Origin: Antedon mediterranea
Lineage: Eukaryota > Animalia > Echinodermata
DNA: 64,000 nt
Direction of reading: 5' to 3'
Assembly: GCF_964355755.1 (NCBI RefSeq)
Contig: NC_092672.1
Coordinates: 434,001 to 498,000 of the forward strand
In this document: positions 23,904-37,208 of the stretch, one piece after another
Position numbering within the stretch: the stretch's first letter is position 1
Layout: every line of letters starts with the position of its first letter
The notes under the pieces: generated by a model
What the model saw: only the letters and a program-made list of their open reading frames with translations
Databases searched by the model: none
Told to the model about the DNA's origin: nothing
Program-made: the position numbers and the translations under genes

Positions 23904-25890
23904 ACGAAGTGGTGGAAATTTCATTCCATCTAAATCAAACGTACGGTATAGTAACATTTATTTCTCTTTAGCTTTAAGTTCATAATAATAAATCTATATA
24001 TAAATTTACGTAAGGGCAAAATTCGGTAAATCGCGCCTTACTTCTAGAATTTTTACTCGATGGTATATAAAGTTGGTTCGTACTTTCGGTACTGATTTTA
24101 ACCACCTGATGTAACCCTGTTTACTAATTAAATTGAGTTAGATAATTAGTTATTGACGATTAAAACGAATTTAGGTTCAACGATTTGCCCCAAATAGGGG
24201 TGTTTTCCGATCGTGGTATACACTGTCTAATGGATGTCCAACTTGAAAAATACCCGCACACAATAATACGAGGACGCTTCACATTTTTCTATCTCCTCCT
24301 ACGATAATTGTTTTTAATAGCTGAAAACCGGTTGAACTGCTCGAGTACAGCATCATAATGTTGAAGACAGGCCGATTTTCTTTAAAAAAATACTATTTTG
24401 ATAGATTTAATTAACGTTTTTACAAATGTATTGATTTGCGATGAATGGAACATTCCAATCTCTCAGTCTGCCAGTTTGGTTTAACACAAGTAGGTAAATT
24501 TATGAGCCCTTGGAGAATAAACTGACAATGCAGTACTGCAAATACCTATTAACCATTTTTGGTCGTCATTTGAATCGAACATTTCTTACTGTGAATAGAT
24601 GTAAACAAGAAATATTTCTTACAAAAAACGCTGCTCGCTTATTGAAAAATATTTTTTATTTCAAATGTTTTTAATGTGTTCATTTTATTGTCACATAATA
24701 GTTATTTTACCTGAAAAAATGTAATTTAAAGCAACAAATACTTAAATTGTCTGTCAGACAATGGTTTTTGGGTTTCTTTTCTCTTTTTATATGTGAATAA
24801 ATATTATATTTTTGTTACAGAAGTGAATACTCAATTTCTGTCACTTTAGTTAATTTTATTGCTAAGGTCAAATCTGGGGGTCACTTCATCACACTAGATA
24901 TTTCAATTGTGAAGTATCCTATTACAAACACAAACTTTAATGGACTGTTTCGATAATAATTCAATGAATATCTGACAGTGAATATACCAGAAATGCTTAG
25001 GGATTTGTAATTTTAGCATGACATGTCCTAATAGACTCTTTCCCAGACGTTTTTTGGGTCTACTGTGAATCAATAAATCATAGTGGAGTTTCCATTTTCA
25101 CAAAACTGTCTGTCCTTAGAACTATAACTGCTGCTTGCTTTAGCTTCTGATTGAGTAGTCCTAATGGGACGTAGTGGGCTAGAGCAGCAGCGTGAAAAAA
25201 TGTATACAAACATTTCTTACTGTGAATACTGTTAGATGTAAAAAAATATATACAAATAAACTTTATTACTGTGATTATGGGTAGGCTCTACTGTTAGATA
25301 TATAAACACGTAATATACAAATAAACTTTATTACTGACAGTTGCTTCTCAATGTTTGCATATTAATTAATAATTACAAAAAATATAAACGTCGTAGTTGT
25401 GTATCGTTACATGTACTTTACTATTTCAATCGACTATGACAGTGACAGTTTTAACAAAGTATTAAATCGCAAATGTTTTACTATATTTAGTCACCGTTAG
25501 TGGTATATTATTTATAGGCCTATAAAAAATGAAAACAATACTTCGTTACTGACGTGGAAAAAGAATATATTTAAAAATTGTTCCTCTTTGTACCTATCCT
25601 CTTTCCCATCCCTCAACCCTAATTGGGTTTCTTTAAATGAATAAACAATTTGGACTTATTTTGTGGTAAGTTTCTCTTTCGGAAGTAATTCCCAGGGTGC
25701 TAATTTTGGTTGGCTACATAAATCATTAATTGTGTCTACTTATTCGTTTCTGTAAACGACAATGTATTATAGTCCTGCGGTACGTGCATTTGAAATCGCC
25801 AGATTTTTTACCCTGAAATTACTGTGTATTCGAGAACCATCTGTGGGCACGACCTAGATGGTACGCGAGCGAAGCGAGCGTACCATCTAG
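23904..25890 (+). mobile_element. About 2-kb non-coding insertion ending in a Helitron-like 3' terminus
   Basis: Absent at paralogous sites near 7830 and 13535; ends with hairpin CTAGATGGTACGC..GCGTACCATCTAG followed by T. Confidence 0.55.
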
Positions 25891-26201
25891 TATTAATAAT
25901 TTGTTCACTTGTAATAATAAAGTATTATCATTCCGCTCTATACCCCACATTGTGTGATTGTTATTCATAAAATGGCACCCATTATCCGTGTTATAACATT
26001 GTATTGACAATTCAAATTCATTTCTAACAAAAGCCTAAACGAAACGTAAAATAGGCCAGTGTGTGTGAAAATGTAAACAGGATTGTTGCAATTCCAAACA
26101 ACAAGCTATAGCTTCTGCACCATAGTAATTGTAACTCAAAGGCACCTCTTTATCTGAAATTATTCAGTGCATTTCTGGTATACTAATAACACAAGTTTGT
26201 A

Positions 26202-27353
26202 ATGTCTTTTATTACCTCGTTATACCTCATTTTGTGTTTTGGTTTCCTGTGTACACCGGATTTATCATGGTCATTACCTGAAAAAGAAGAAATAAAGTTA
26301 GTTATTGCAGGTGAAACGAACGTGACACTGGATTGCATAGTTCCCTATCATGAGAAGACGTTAAGTTGGTATATGTGGAATAAAGAATCTGAAGATCAAT
26401 TGACACATGACAGTTGGATTAAATACGAAAGTTTGTATGGTGTTAAATACGGCAATTTCAGTAGAAATAACGAGACTTATGAAAATTATCAACTGATCAT
26501 TAAAAACATGGACGTGCTAAATGAATGGTATCTATGCGAAGCTACAAGATCTTGTGACAATGAGTTGATATCTGTAATAAGATTGTACGTAATATTACCG
26601 AAAGTTGCATGCAGTATTGCAGAAACTGATGTCATAGAAGGAAAAATATATATTGTTCAGTGTAATGTACCTTTTGATATCAATCTAGTAAAATGTGAAA
26701 TATCAATTGTTTATAGAAATTCATCTAATTCAGTTACTAATTCTACAATGGATCAATGCGGATTCAATTGCGTCACAGTGGAAGTGAACATAACTCGCAA
26801 TATGGATTCATTTCAGTGTGTTGCCCAAAGTGATCTTCTACTAAATGAGATAAACAATTACACGAGAATTCTTAACGTAAGTTACCCGCCAACATTCTTA
26901 AATATGTCAACGATTTTAACGTATGACACAGAGACCGTTTTGAAGATACCGATTAACCTAGATTCTAAGCCTCAAGCCGAGGTATATTGGAAGTTGTGGA
27001 ATTATGACTTGTCGGTAGATAATGTAAACTTCTATAACAAATTAAGTGCAACATCTGAAAACAGTTATATGCTTTCAATCAAAGGATCAGACGTTGGTAG
27101 TGCCACATACATTGTATTCAAAGCAAACAACAATATTGGAAATGTTATACACAGCATTAAACTCAATAAAACGGAAGAGTTGAAGGAAAACGACAAACAG
27201 GAGAAACAGGACACATGGTGGCATTTCACTTTAGCGGTAATAATAATATCGATAATAATAACAACAATGGTAGGCCTACTAGTGTTAAGGATGATACATA
27301 ACCGAGGTACTAGCGTTGTGCAGCACCAAGCCATACCCATGGATGACATATAA
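26202..27353 (+). CDS. Single-exon IgSF membrane protein C2 (intact paralog of C1)
   Basis: LDC..LSWY..NYQLIIK..WYLC; CGFNC; TM FTLAVIIISIIITTMVGLLVL; short tail without Tyr. Confidence 0.88.
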   Translation: MSFITSLYLILCFGFLCTPDLSWSLPEKEEIKLVIAGETNVTLDCIVPYHEKTLSWYMWNKESEDQLTHDSWIKYESLYGVKYGNFSRNNETYENYQLIIKNMDVLNEWYLCEATRSCDNELISVIRLYVILPKVACSIAETDVIEGKIYIVQCNVPFDINLVKCEISIVYRNSSNSVTNSTMDQCGFNCVTVEVNITRNMDSFQCVAQSDLLLNEINNYTRILNVSYPPTFLNMSTILTYDTETVLKIPINLDSKPQAEVYWKLWNYDLSVDNVNFYNKLSATSENSYMLSIKGSDVGSATYIVFKANNNIGNVIHSIKLNKTEELKENDKQEKQDTWWHFTLAVIIISIIITTMVGLLVLRMIHNRGTSVVQHQAIPMDDI

Positions 27354-29074
27354 TGTATAGAAGTCTTCAGGTAGTACGGTTTAGGTCTAAGTGGTCCACA
27401 ATTCACACTTCCTCTACGGATGATGATTGTAGAAAAGTAACTTGAATTGAAACAGAGGTCAATTCCGTTGGAAGAGATACGGTTCAATTTTAATGAAATA
27501 TGCTACAATGTCGGATTATGTCGAATGTAGTTTTTTATTTTTATTTTTTAAATTTCTCAAAACTATTTCTATATTTTCCCGGGAAGAGCTGAATTCTTAC
27601 CTAAAAGCAAATGTATAAAAAAATATTAAACTGTTTATATTATAATAATAATAAAATTATGTTTTACGGTATATCAACTATTAATATTATATATTAAAAC
27701 GTAGCAAAGGTACAGGTGTAGGATTGCTTTACAAAATTAGACATTCTCTGTTATTTTTAATAATAGGTAAGTAAATGGGTTAGTAAAAAAAAATAATAAT
27801 TAAATAATAAAATTAAATTTACCACAATACTGTAGTTTAGTCGGCGTATATTACAATATATTTTAAAACACTTTTAAATAAGTTTTGAATTTCCCGCGGA
27901 TGAACTAAGACCTCACACATTTTATTAAAACAAATCGGTTGTTTTATAGATACTATTATGTTAATTCAACTATGACAGTCCAATGTAACGTACACATTTT
28001 TAAAAGACACCAACAATATTTGTGATGAAAATGTTTTATTTTGGAAATTATTGGATTAAACAACTGCCCTCAGCCCAGGTACAGCAGCAGCATATCAAAA
28101 TATTGATTTTGAAAGCAGGCCCGGTGCACCGCGGTGGCTAACAGCAATAAAAAGTAAAAGATTATTAAGACATGAAAAACCATCATTTTTCCTATTTGAA
28201 ATAAAGAACCGATCAAGTCTTTATACTCATATTTGACATTCTGTATCTCATTTGTTTTGTTTCCATGTACAATTTGTTTTAAATGAAAAGCGTCGCATTA
28301 ACAAAACGATATTTGTGAGCTATCTTGTACTATTGTTATGGCGCTATAAGTACTCTGATCTGTAAAAACCCATCCCGCTCCTCCGACCTCCAATTTAGCA
28401 TGGTGAAACAGCCATCAAAATCGGAGATCTATGTCAAAAATTATAGACGTTTTCATATCAGGATCAGAAAATGCCTATACTTTCATAGGACGATTTGGGA
28501 TCATCTTACTTTAAAAATCAATGGCCACGAGATTTCATAATTAAGAATTAAAACAAACATTATTAGGCATAACAATGCCGAAACAGCCATAAAAATCGGT
28601 CGAGTTACATTGAAAAAAAAACCAATGTGTTTGTGTGATTTCGCGCCGTTCAGTGGAAATCTCCCGGATTTTTGGGTACATAAAACAAATTGTAATGAAT
28701 CTTTTGTGCGGATAGAGAGTGATTATAATTGTTTTTCATTGCATACCGATAGTTTGCCTTGGTTTTATGCATCTTGTTGTACTACTCAGTTGAGAAAGAA
28801 ACAGTACAATACTTATGGTTACTAATCAACATTTTACGTTAAAACATGACATGATGGTCTTGCGTAACAGTTGAGTTTAGTTGCTTTCAGTTCCTGGTCG
28901 GCATAATAACACTCATCGGCATCTATCCAGGGTAGCAGTAAAAAACAAACGATTATTAATATGATTTAGCAACTGTAGATCATTAATATAGAAACTAAAA
29001 TTTGAATTAGTTAAGCGAAATTGAAAATATCATATTACTCTCATCGAGTGCGAGAACATCTCAACTAGTTAGCA

Positions 29075-31094
29075 ATGTTGCTCCGTATAAATGCCTGTCT
29101 TTCCTACATCTCATTCGTATTTGGTTTAGTCCTCTTCGAATCCGAAGCGATCAAGAACGTAACTATAACACCTTCATTGACTATTTCACCGGTGTTTAGT
29201 AAAATAGAGCTAAGTTGTATAGTACAAGAAGACATAGATGTGCATGCGGTGAATTGGTATAAATTCAAGAACAAAATTATTGAAAATAAAAATATACTTG
29301 AGTCTACTTATTCTGTTAATTGTAACTTTACGAGTAAAAGTTTCAAACTATTGATTGATAAATGTTTATTCTTATGGTGTTTTTATCCTTAAGGGCCACA
29401 ATGGAAATAAGTTTGACCTTTGGTTACTTTTTTGTGTTACCCTGAATTCATTCTTTGTATTTTTTTTGTTGTGTTATTTATGAATTCGAATAAAGAAATG
29501 AAATGAAATGAAAGCTGCAGGATTCAATTCAGGTATGTACAAATGTGAAGTATGTTTCGATTTGGAAAGAAAAACGTGTGCATTTAGCAATGTTGCAAAT
29601 GTAACTGTTTACTCGATTCCTGCAAGTCCATGCATTGATGTTGAACGTGACGTCAAAGAAGGGGAAGTCATACCTTTCGGGTGTTTTATGAGTGGCGGTA
29701 AACGCTTCCCAAGTTTCTTGGAGGTATAGATTATTTACAAAAATGGCACATCTCGACAAAATCTGGCGACCTCCTCAGCAGACAAAAGCATATCACACAA
29801 TATATCAATATCTTACGATCTAAACAACGCTGTGTTGTGCTGCACAGCCAGATTTCCAATAATAAATACGACATTAAACTGTTCAAGTGGGTCACTTAAT
29901 GTCAGTTACTCTCCAAAAGTTCTTTCAATGACCTACTCAATTGCAGACCCCATCAATGATCCAAGTAACGCATCAATAACATTGAATATTACATCAAATC
30001 CAGAAGCCACTGTGAGTTGGTCAACGTTTGGCAGCAACTTTATCGTCTGTAACTCATATGAAAGTTCAGAAAACGCTATGCTTTATGTGTGCAATATCTA
30101 TAATATTACAAACGGGACAGAAGTTATTGTTTCAGCTAATAATTCTTTTGGTAACCATAGTAAAGCGTTAACGTTAGTTTGGTTTCACAGAAGCAAAACA
30201 GACGCCGATTACACAGTCAGACCTAAAATAACGTTGCGAATAAATAATCAACAAACGGAGATTAATGATATTAATAATAATGCTACTGATTATCAAATTG
30301 ATTACAGTGAATATAATATGTTTACGATAGCACTCATTATTGTATCTGTTTCTTCGCTTGTGTTGATTATTACCATTGTTATTGTTATAATAAAACTCAG
30401 AAAAAAAAGCAAACGTCAGAATCAAAGTCTTAATGTAAATAGAGATTCATGCACACAAAACAGACAACGGCCGATACAACATATCTACGAAACCAAACTA
30501 TATGAAGTGTGTAGTGTCAATGAATCGGTTTCAGGAGAGCTCAATGAACACAACAATGTAGGCCTAACAATGCAAGTGGTGGAATTGCACAATACGGATT
30601 CAGAAGCAGAAAACTTGTGTGACAAAGAAACGACTGAAAATTTAACATACATTGAAATTGATCATCCAATAATTGAAAATAAAGTCAAAGTGATACGAAC
30701 AATTGAAAGAGTTGAATACACAGAAATAGTTGACAAACATTCTACGACTATAGCTGGAAAAAAGACACCACAAGATAACAATTTAGGCTTTATAACTAAT
30801 AGAATTAGTTGCATCAAACAATGTAAATTCGATCATATCACGATGAAGGAAAATCAGGTAGAATGTCCTCTTTGCCAAAAACAATACCATAGACATTGTG
30901 TAAAAATGAAGCTAACCACGACATCCACAGTTTGGTTGTGTCCATATTGTAAAGATATACCGGGTACCATGTCGGATATGGCTAATAACATTGCTTCGTT
31001 GAGTGCAATGGTAAAACAACAGCAAGATATGATTGCAAATCAAAAATTAGCAATGCAAAGTATTTTAGAGAAACAATTAGAAAGTGATAAATAA
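29075..31094 (+). pseudogene. IgSF receptor E2, disrupted by a 151-bp insertion and a nonsense codon; ITIM-like pair, PHD and coiled coil remain in ORF 29832-31094
   Basis: Collinear with E1 and E3; insertion 29363-29513; TAG at 29727 where E3 has TCG. Confidence 0.87.
29363..29513 (+). mobile_element. Short retroposed LINE/SINE 3' tail inserted in E2
   Basis: Absent in E3 (gataaa|gctgcagg); ends AATAAA(GAAAT)n. Confidence 0.7.
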
Positions 31095-32141
31095 TAGCGG
31101 TTTTATGATACAAATAACAATGATAATATTAACATTTATAACGCGCTCTCATTCATTTTATAAACTGCTGTCTCGCGACGCTATAAAAAAAGTATAGGCC
31201 TATTTAAACAAGAAGAAAATAGACTGGACAGATGTGAAATAGAAGCTGATTACAAATCAATGGTGCTTGAGCCAAAAAAAACCTTGTGTGGGGTCTGATA
31301 TTGGTGAGATTTTAAAGTCTATAGTGGGTCATACAAAAAGTAAATTATTTTTTCACAAGAAAAGTAAAAGATCTGTCTGATAATATTTTATTAACAAATG
31401 CCTAAGTGAAACTGAGCTAAATAACGTAGATTTGATTGGAATAAATTGATATTGAATGGATTACTTTTTTTTCCATCGTCCTAACCACATTGTTTTCTCT
31501 GTATTCAGTAATGTAAACCTGAAACCAAAATCTATTGAGTAAGTATAATAAAAGCGCACTCTTCCCTGACAAAAGTACTCTGACATTAAATGAAAACAAA
31601 TTTAATGAAAACAAATTGTCAAGAATAAAATTCGGAACTGATAATTTTGTTAGAGGCCTACACCAAGTATTCCTTCACTTCAAATATATGTAAGCTAACA
31701 AATAAAAGCTGGATATGGAACTTTATTGTGTTAGGACTTTACAAATTAAAAGACGAAATTGTGATGTGTGAATATTAATCTAGGGTGCGCATCAGAAAGT
31801 GACAACGTGCATGTATATGTCGAATAGGAGGACAAGAAGTAGATGAGAGGGACATCTACGTTGAACTTTGTCAATCAGTCAATCAGTTTAAAATATAAAT
31901 TGGTAATTTATAGAAATAAGATCTGAAGGTATCTTTTTTGCTACTTTTGCAGTTACATTGTGGTCTTGTTTTGATGTTTTGCTTTAACCGGTGATACTTA
32001 TTATTTACACATTTGCGGATTCGAATGTACTAAGCATTGATCAAAAGTTTTACTCACTGATATAGTCGTTACAAGGATTAGGTGTAATTAATTAAAATTA
32101 CAACGACGCGATCAGTCGATACTAAACATTGTTTTAATTAA

Positions 32142-32687
32142 AGATGTATTGTCCCTTGAAACACAAAAAAATGAAGGTCAAAATATTCTAAATTTAAAGT
32201 GGCCATATCAAAGCAATATTAAAGTTATTCACTTTAAGTCGAAAATTTGAGCCAAAAACAACAAGTTTACGTAATTAACAGGTAAATTAGTTTGATTACA
32301 TTTCATCTGGAAAATCGTCACGAGCGAAAGTAAACAAAGATTTCAAACCATGAGTACGCATTATGCATATGCTAAATTAGGATTGTTTACAACTGGTCAC
32401 GGTTAAGAAGGTATTTTCACACAGATCATGAGGAAATTTTATGATTATGCATACAGAGTAGCCAAACAAGCGCGTTTCATTATGGGATATGTTTTGATTG
32501 AAAACTTTGACTGGAAGTCAAAGTTATTTTTTTAACAAAAAAACGTCTGTATTTCAGTTAAATTTTTTTTTTTTCGAAAATTTTTGGGTGATACGGTAGT
32601 TAATAACTATTATGATACTTCAAAATGACCCACCTTTTTTCGAAATCTATTATTTTTTATTTTTTTGGAATTAGTCAAAGGGACAAT
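32142..32687. mobile_element. Kolobok-like MITE with the same TIR as 3228-3527; right TIR cut off at the DIRS junction
   Basis: TTAA|AGATGTATTGTCCCTT ... AAGGGACAAT, then an abrupt switch to GC-rich DIRS sequence. Confidence 0.7.
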
Positions 32688-34997
32688 CCCCGTTATACCT
32701 CGGAGCACAGATAAATCTCGTTACGGGCTTGGCATCTCCATCCCAACAACGCATCGCGTCTGCAATGAGTGCAGTACGCAATCTAATATCTGCTCATGCT
32801 CCGACGGCTTACGAATGGCTCAGAGCACTGGGTTGTCTGGCCAGCTTCGTTGCCTTAGTTCCGTATTGCCGGCTGCGTATGAGACCTTTACAGCTGCATC
32901 TGCTGGCTCATTACCGACCGCACTTAGACTCCCTACACAAAGTGGTCCTGTCGAATACATTCATTCAGACGCATCTCGAATGGTGGCTGGTGGAAGGCAG
33001 GTTGACTGTGTGAATGCCAATTCAAAAATCTCTGCCGGACGTCCGTATAGAGACGGACGCTGGGGCGGTTGCTCCAAGGCACTTCGCGCCTCCGGCCTTT
33101 GGATGGCCGAGGAGGCGCGATCCCACATCAACCTCCTAGAACTCTGGGCAGTCGAAAGGACCTTGAAGGCCCTTCGACATCACGTGGCCGGTCGTCACGT
33201 CCTTATCCATTCCGACAACTCAACAGTGGTAGCATATATAAATCGTCAAGGAGGCACGAAGTCCCCGACGTTATGCTACCACCTGTGGACGCTGATGTTG
33301 TGGTGCATAGACAACAACATCATGCTCTCGGCTGCCCACATTGCGGGCAGCCTCAACTTTGTTGCGGACGCTCTGACCCGACAAACACTATGTCCTACTA
33401 CGGAATGGCGCCTTCTACCCAGCATCGCCGCACTGATATTCGACCACTTCGGGCGGCCTCACATAGATCTGTTTGCGACGTCAGACAACACGCAGCTCCC
33501 GACCTTTTGCACACGGTTCCGGGATGCACGTGCGTGGGCGGTGGATGCCCTGTCCATACATTGGGACGGACTATGGGCGTATGCATTCCCACCAATATCA
33601 CTGATTCCAACTGTTCTGACGCGCATTCAGCGCCATCCTTGCCGGGTCCTTCTGATCGCCCCGGGCTGGGCTCGACAGGCGTGGTATCCACTGCTTCTCG
33701 ACCTGCTCTACGATCATCCCCTGCGTCTACCAGATCGCGTGGATCTGCTGACGCAGGGCCGAGCTCAGTTCCCACTGCGGAACTTACAATCCCTGCGCCT
33801 GACTGTGTATGGCCATTGTCAGGGATCAGCTCCGAGACTCAGGCATTCCAGATGGCCCTGCCGCCCTCGCGGCGAAATCTCGTCGGGAATCTACTCTTAC
33901 CGTCTACAATAGCCGACTAAAACACTTCTTTACATGGTGCAGGCGTCAACAGGTAGAGCCGGGGTCGATCACCCTCGGACAAGTTTGCGCCTTCCTGCAT
34001 TACCTATACGAGTCATGTCTTCAGGTCCGCACCATTTCGGGCTATAGATCCGCCATTGGCGCGATCACGCCAACACTTAAAGACGGTTCCTCTATGTCGT
34101 CATCTCCCGTTATCACTCAACTGATACGGGGAATGTTCAGAGAACGACCTCCAGTCAAGGTCTTGATTCCTCGATGGGATGTTAACGTTGTCCTAGCCGC
34201 ACTTACACGCCCGCCATTTGAGCCTATGAGTAAGGCTACTCTGTTGTATAATGTCTCGCTGAAAACGGCGTTCTTGCTCGCTTTAGCATCATGCAAACGC
34301 CGAGGCGAGTTGCACGCTCTCTCCTTGGAACCAGGTCATGTTAGGTTTGAGCGGGCCGGCGTGAGGCTAGTGTTTAGGAAAGATTTCCTTGCCAAGACAC
34401 AGACGTTAAAATTTTCGCCGCCTGCTGTGTTCGTTCCCACCATCACATCTTTTTCAGCGGCAGACGGAGATAAACTTTGGTGCCCGGTCAGGGCTCTTAA
34501 GTGGTATATCCACCACACTAAGACGATTAGAGACGGAGTGTCTCACCTCTTCGTCGCGTCTGTTCCTCCATACCGCGCGGCCGCTAAGGCAACAATAGCG
34601 AGATGGGTCGTTGCAACTATTCTTCAGACACACCGCCACCGGCACATATGCACCAAGTGCGCGCGGTTTCCACTTCGTGGGCGTTGTTCTCGGGCGTCCC
34701 TGTAGCTGACATCATGGAAGCGGCGTGGTGGCGAACACAGTCGACATTCACCTCACACTACCTGTCGGACATCTCCGCTAACGTGGCACCAGTGGCAACG
34801 GCGATACTAAAGCCTCGACTATAGGTATGTATAAGTCAATTTCCTAACTTGTCACCCGCCGCCGACTAGATTCCTAGTCCGGTGCTACACTGGCTATTGT
34901 CGGGTTTATCCAGGTAAGCAGGCACGTAATAGACTACACAAACCAGAAATGGTGTTGGTAGTCTATAAGTGCTGCTTACCTGGATAAACACCCGCCC
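32688..34997 (+). mobile_element. 5'-truncated DIRS1-like tyrosine-recombinase retrotransposon (RT C-terminus/RNase H, methyltransferase-like domain, overlapping YR)
   Basis: HINLLEL, SDNSTVVAYINRQGG, ADALTR (RNase H); IDLFAT, YAFPP (MT-like); RRGEL, CPVRAL, HQVR, FTSHY (YR, frameshifted near 34630); hairpin 34902-34993 like ICR/ITR; high GC. Confidence 0.93.
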
Positions 34998-35897
34998 GCG
35001 ATTTTTTTTTTCGTACATAAGTTGGGGACCCCATCATGAAACGTCACAAAATAAACATGAATAATTCATCAGTTAAATGTTCTTGTTCCGTGTGCACCCA
35101 AGCGTATAGCAACAAGAAGTGATTACACAAGTGCGGTACGATTCTAGGCCTATCTCCGCTGTTGTTGCCACGTGCGATTTCATAATAGAATAGCGGAGTT
35201 TTGTGTGGATTGTCGAAATAATCAGCCTTTAGTTTATGGTGTTTTTAATATAGTTTATTACTATAGAATTACGTCTTAGTTTCTATTGATACTATTAGGC
35301 CGAATGTGTATAATTTGTGTACTGTAATTTTTTAATTCTGCTTTTATTATCAAACAATATGCATTACTCAAAGGAACTTTAAAAATTCGCGGATATATGA
35401 ACACATGAGATGGGAAGATTAGACCCACGAGAATAAAAAATGTATTTTTGTGTAATGTTTATTGTTTAATTTTGCTGACTTATTACTCGGACTGTGTCAT
35501 ACATAACACACAAGTCACACACACCCACACAGCTACTAGGCCTACTAGAATATACAGGGGTTTAGAGACTAGTAATTAGGCCTAATATTAAATAGTATCA
35601 ATAGAAACTATAATTTTAACACGTAATTCTTTAGTAATAAACTATATTAAAAACACCATAAACTAAAGGCTGATTATTTCGACAATCCACACAAAACTCC
35701 GCTATTCTATTATGAAATCGCACGCGGCAACCACAGCGGAGATAGGCCTAGAATCGTACCGCACTTGTGTAATCACTTCTTGTTGCTATACGCTTGGGTG
35801 CACACGGAACAAGAACATTTAACTGATGAATTATTCATGTTTATTTTGTGACGTTTCATGATGGGGTCCCCAACTTATGTACGAAAAAAAAAATCGC
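34998..35897. mobile_element. 900-bp foldback/MULE-like non-autonomous element with about 300-bp TIRs and 9-bp TSD
   Basis: GCGATTTTTTTTTTCGTACATAAGTTGGGGACCCC... is mirrored at the right end; CACCCGCCC at 34989-34997 and 35898-35906. Confidence 0.9.
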
Positions 35898-36581
35898 CAC
35901 CCGCCCGCCGTCCCCTCAGACAAGAGGTCTTGAGAAATGATGACGGTAACACGTGGGAGTGGTCCCACGAGAGGGCGCTAGAGCGGAATGTACCATTCTT
36001 TATGAGGTGAATTCGGGTAGAATTCTTCTTTTCGTATTTGTTTCGCACTTCGTGGAAACAAATACGTGGATAAATAAGAAACATCAGTGTGCAAAATGTG
36101 AGCACGTCCATTCAGAGTTTTCGGAGGAGAACAAATTACGCGACCAATTTAGTAGTATTAATATAGGCTATACGGTGTAGATGCCTTTGTTTTTTTATTA
36201 AAGCGTTTAGAACACCACTAAGTTATTCTGAGCTACGATATAACACATTTACACATTTTATAAAAGATGGGACCATAGTCGAAATGACCGTAATAATCAG
36301 AAAATCTGTATAATATCAAACGTTTTTGCTGAAACCTAGGCTTATATAATGGTATACTGATCATTTTTCAGATTCTTACGGTCTACCAATTTCGAACATG
36401 GTTTGATGAATAACAATAATACGAGAAAAGAGAACAATTGTTTTATATTATAATGCTACGTTAATAATCAAAATATAACCAATTGCGCAGCTGCAAATCT
36501 CACCATTCTTCGCCACGGAAAGGTTTTATAGTATTTGTTTTTTTAAATCGTCACAGAGTTTCATTAAATATCGTAATAACC

Positions 36582-36655
36582 ATGAATTCCATATGCAAGA
36601 TATTTTACTTTCTTAGTTTTTTTTATTGCTGTTTGTCAGAAAACCAGTCTGAGAT
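36582..36655 (+). pseudogene. 5' fragment (signal peptide) of gene F, cut by an insertion
   Basis: MNSICKIFY...CCLSENQSE matches 43031 onward; upstream sequence is also shared. Confidence 0.85.
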
Positions 36656-36950
36656 GGTTCTAGGACACCTACCCCCCCTAGACAGTTACCCCCGGATGTT
36701 TACCACCCGGACAACTACCCCCTTAGGACAACTACCCCCCGGACAACTACCCCCCGGACAACTACCCCCTTAGGACAACTACCCCCTTAGGATAACAACC
36801 CCCCGGACAACTACCCCCCGGACAACCACCCCCTTAGGACAACTACCCCCTTAGGATAACTACCCCCCGGGTAACTACCCCCGGTCAACTACCCCCCCCC
36901 CCCCCTGGTCAACTACCCCCGGTCAACTACCACCCCCCCCCCCCCCCCAA
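36656..36950 (+). repeat. Tandem GGACAACTACCCCC(TTA) repeats, probably a DNA-transposon terminus
   Basis: Many 15-17-bp units starting exactly at the F breakpoint; reverse-complement family at 63640-63867. Confidence 0.85.
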
Positions 36951-37019
36951 TCCAAAAGTAGACAAATATATAGGACCGGTTTCTGTAAAAATGAAATCAT
37001 CTGGGTTTAACGGGTGTTT

Positions 37020-37154
37020 CGAAACTAGAGACCCGAGACCAGAGACCTGACACGAGACCCAATATGAAAATAGTGGGTCTCCCTTTTCGTATATTTGGGT
37101 CTCACATTTTGTATATTTGGGTCTCCCTTTTCGTATATTTGGGTCTCCCTTTTC

Positions 37155-37207
<53 letters not shown>
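37020..37207. repeat. GAGACCC/GGGTCTC short repeats followed by a (TA)n microsatellite
   Basis: About 22-bp unit tatttgggtctcccttttcgta repeated, then (TA)n at 37157-37207. Confidence 0.8.

Positions 37208-37208
<1 letters not shown>

Noticed and set aside
32665-34824. Bacterial/phage integrase and methylase by horizontal transfer (GC-rich island)
   Set aside because: RNase H + MT-like + overlapping YR + terminal hairpin is the standard DIRS1 layout
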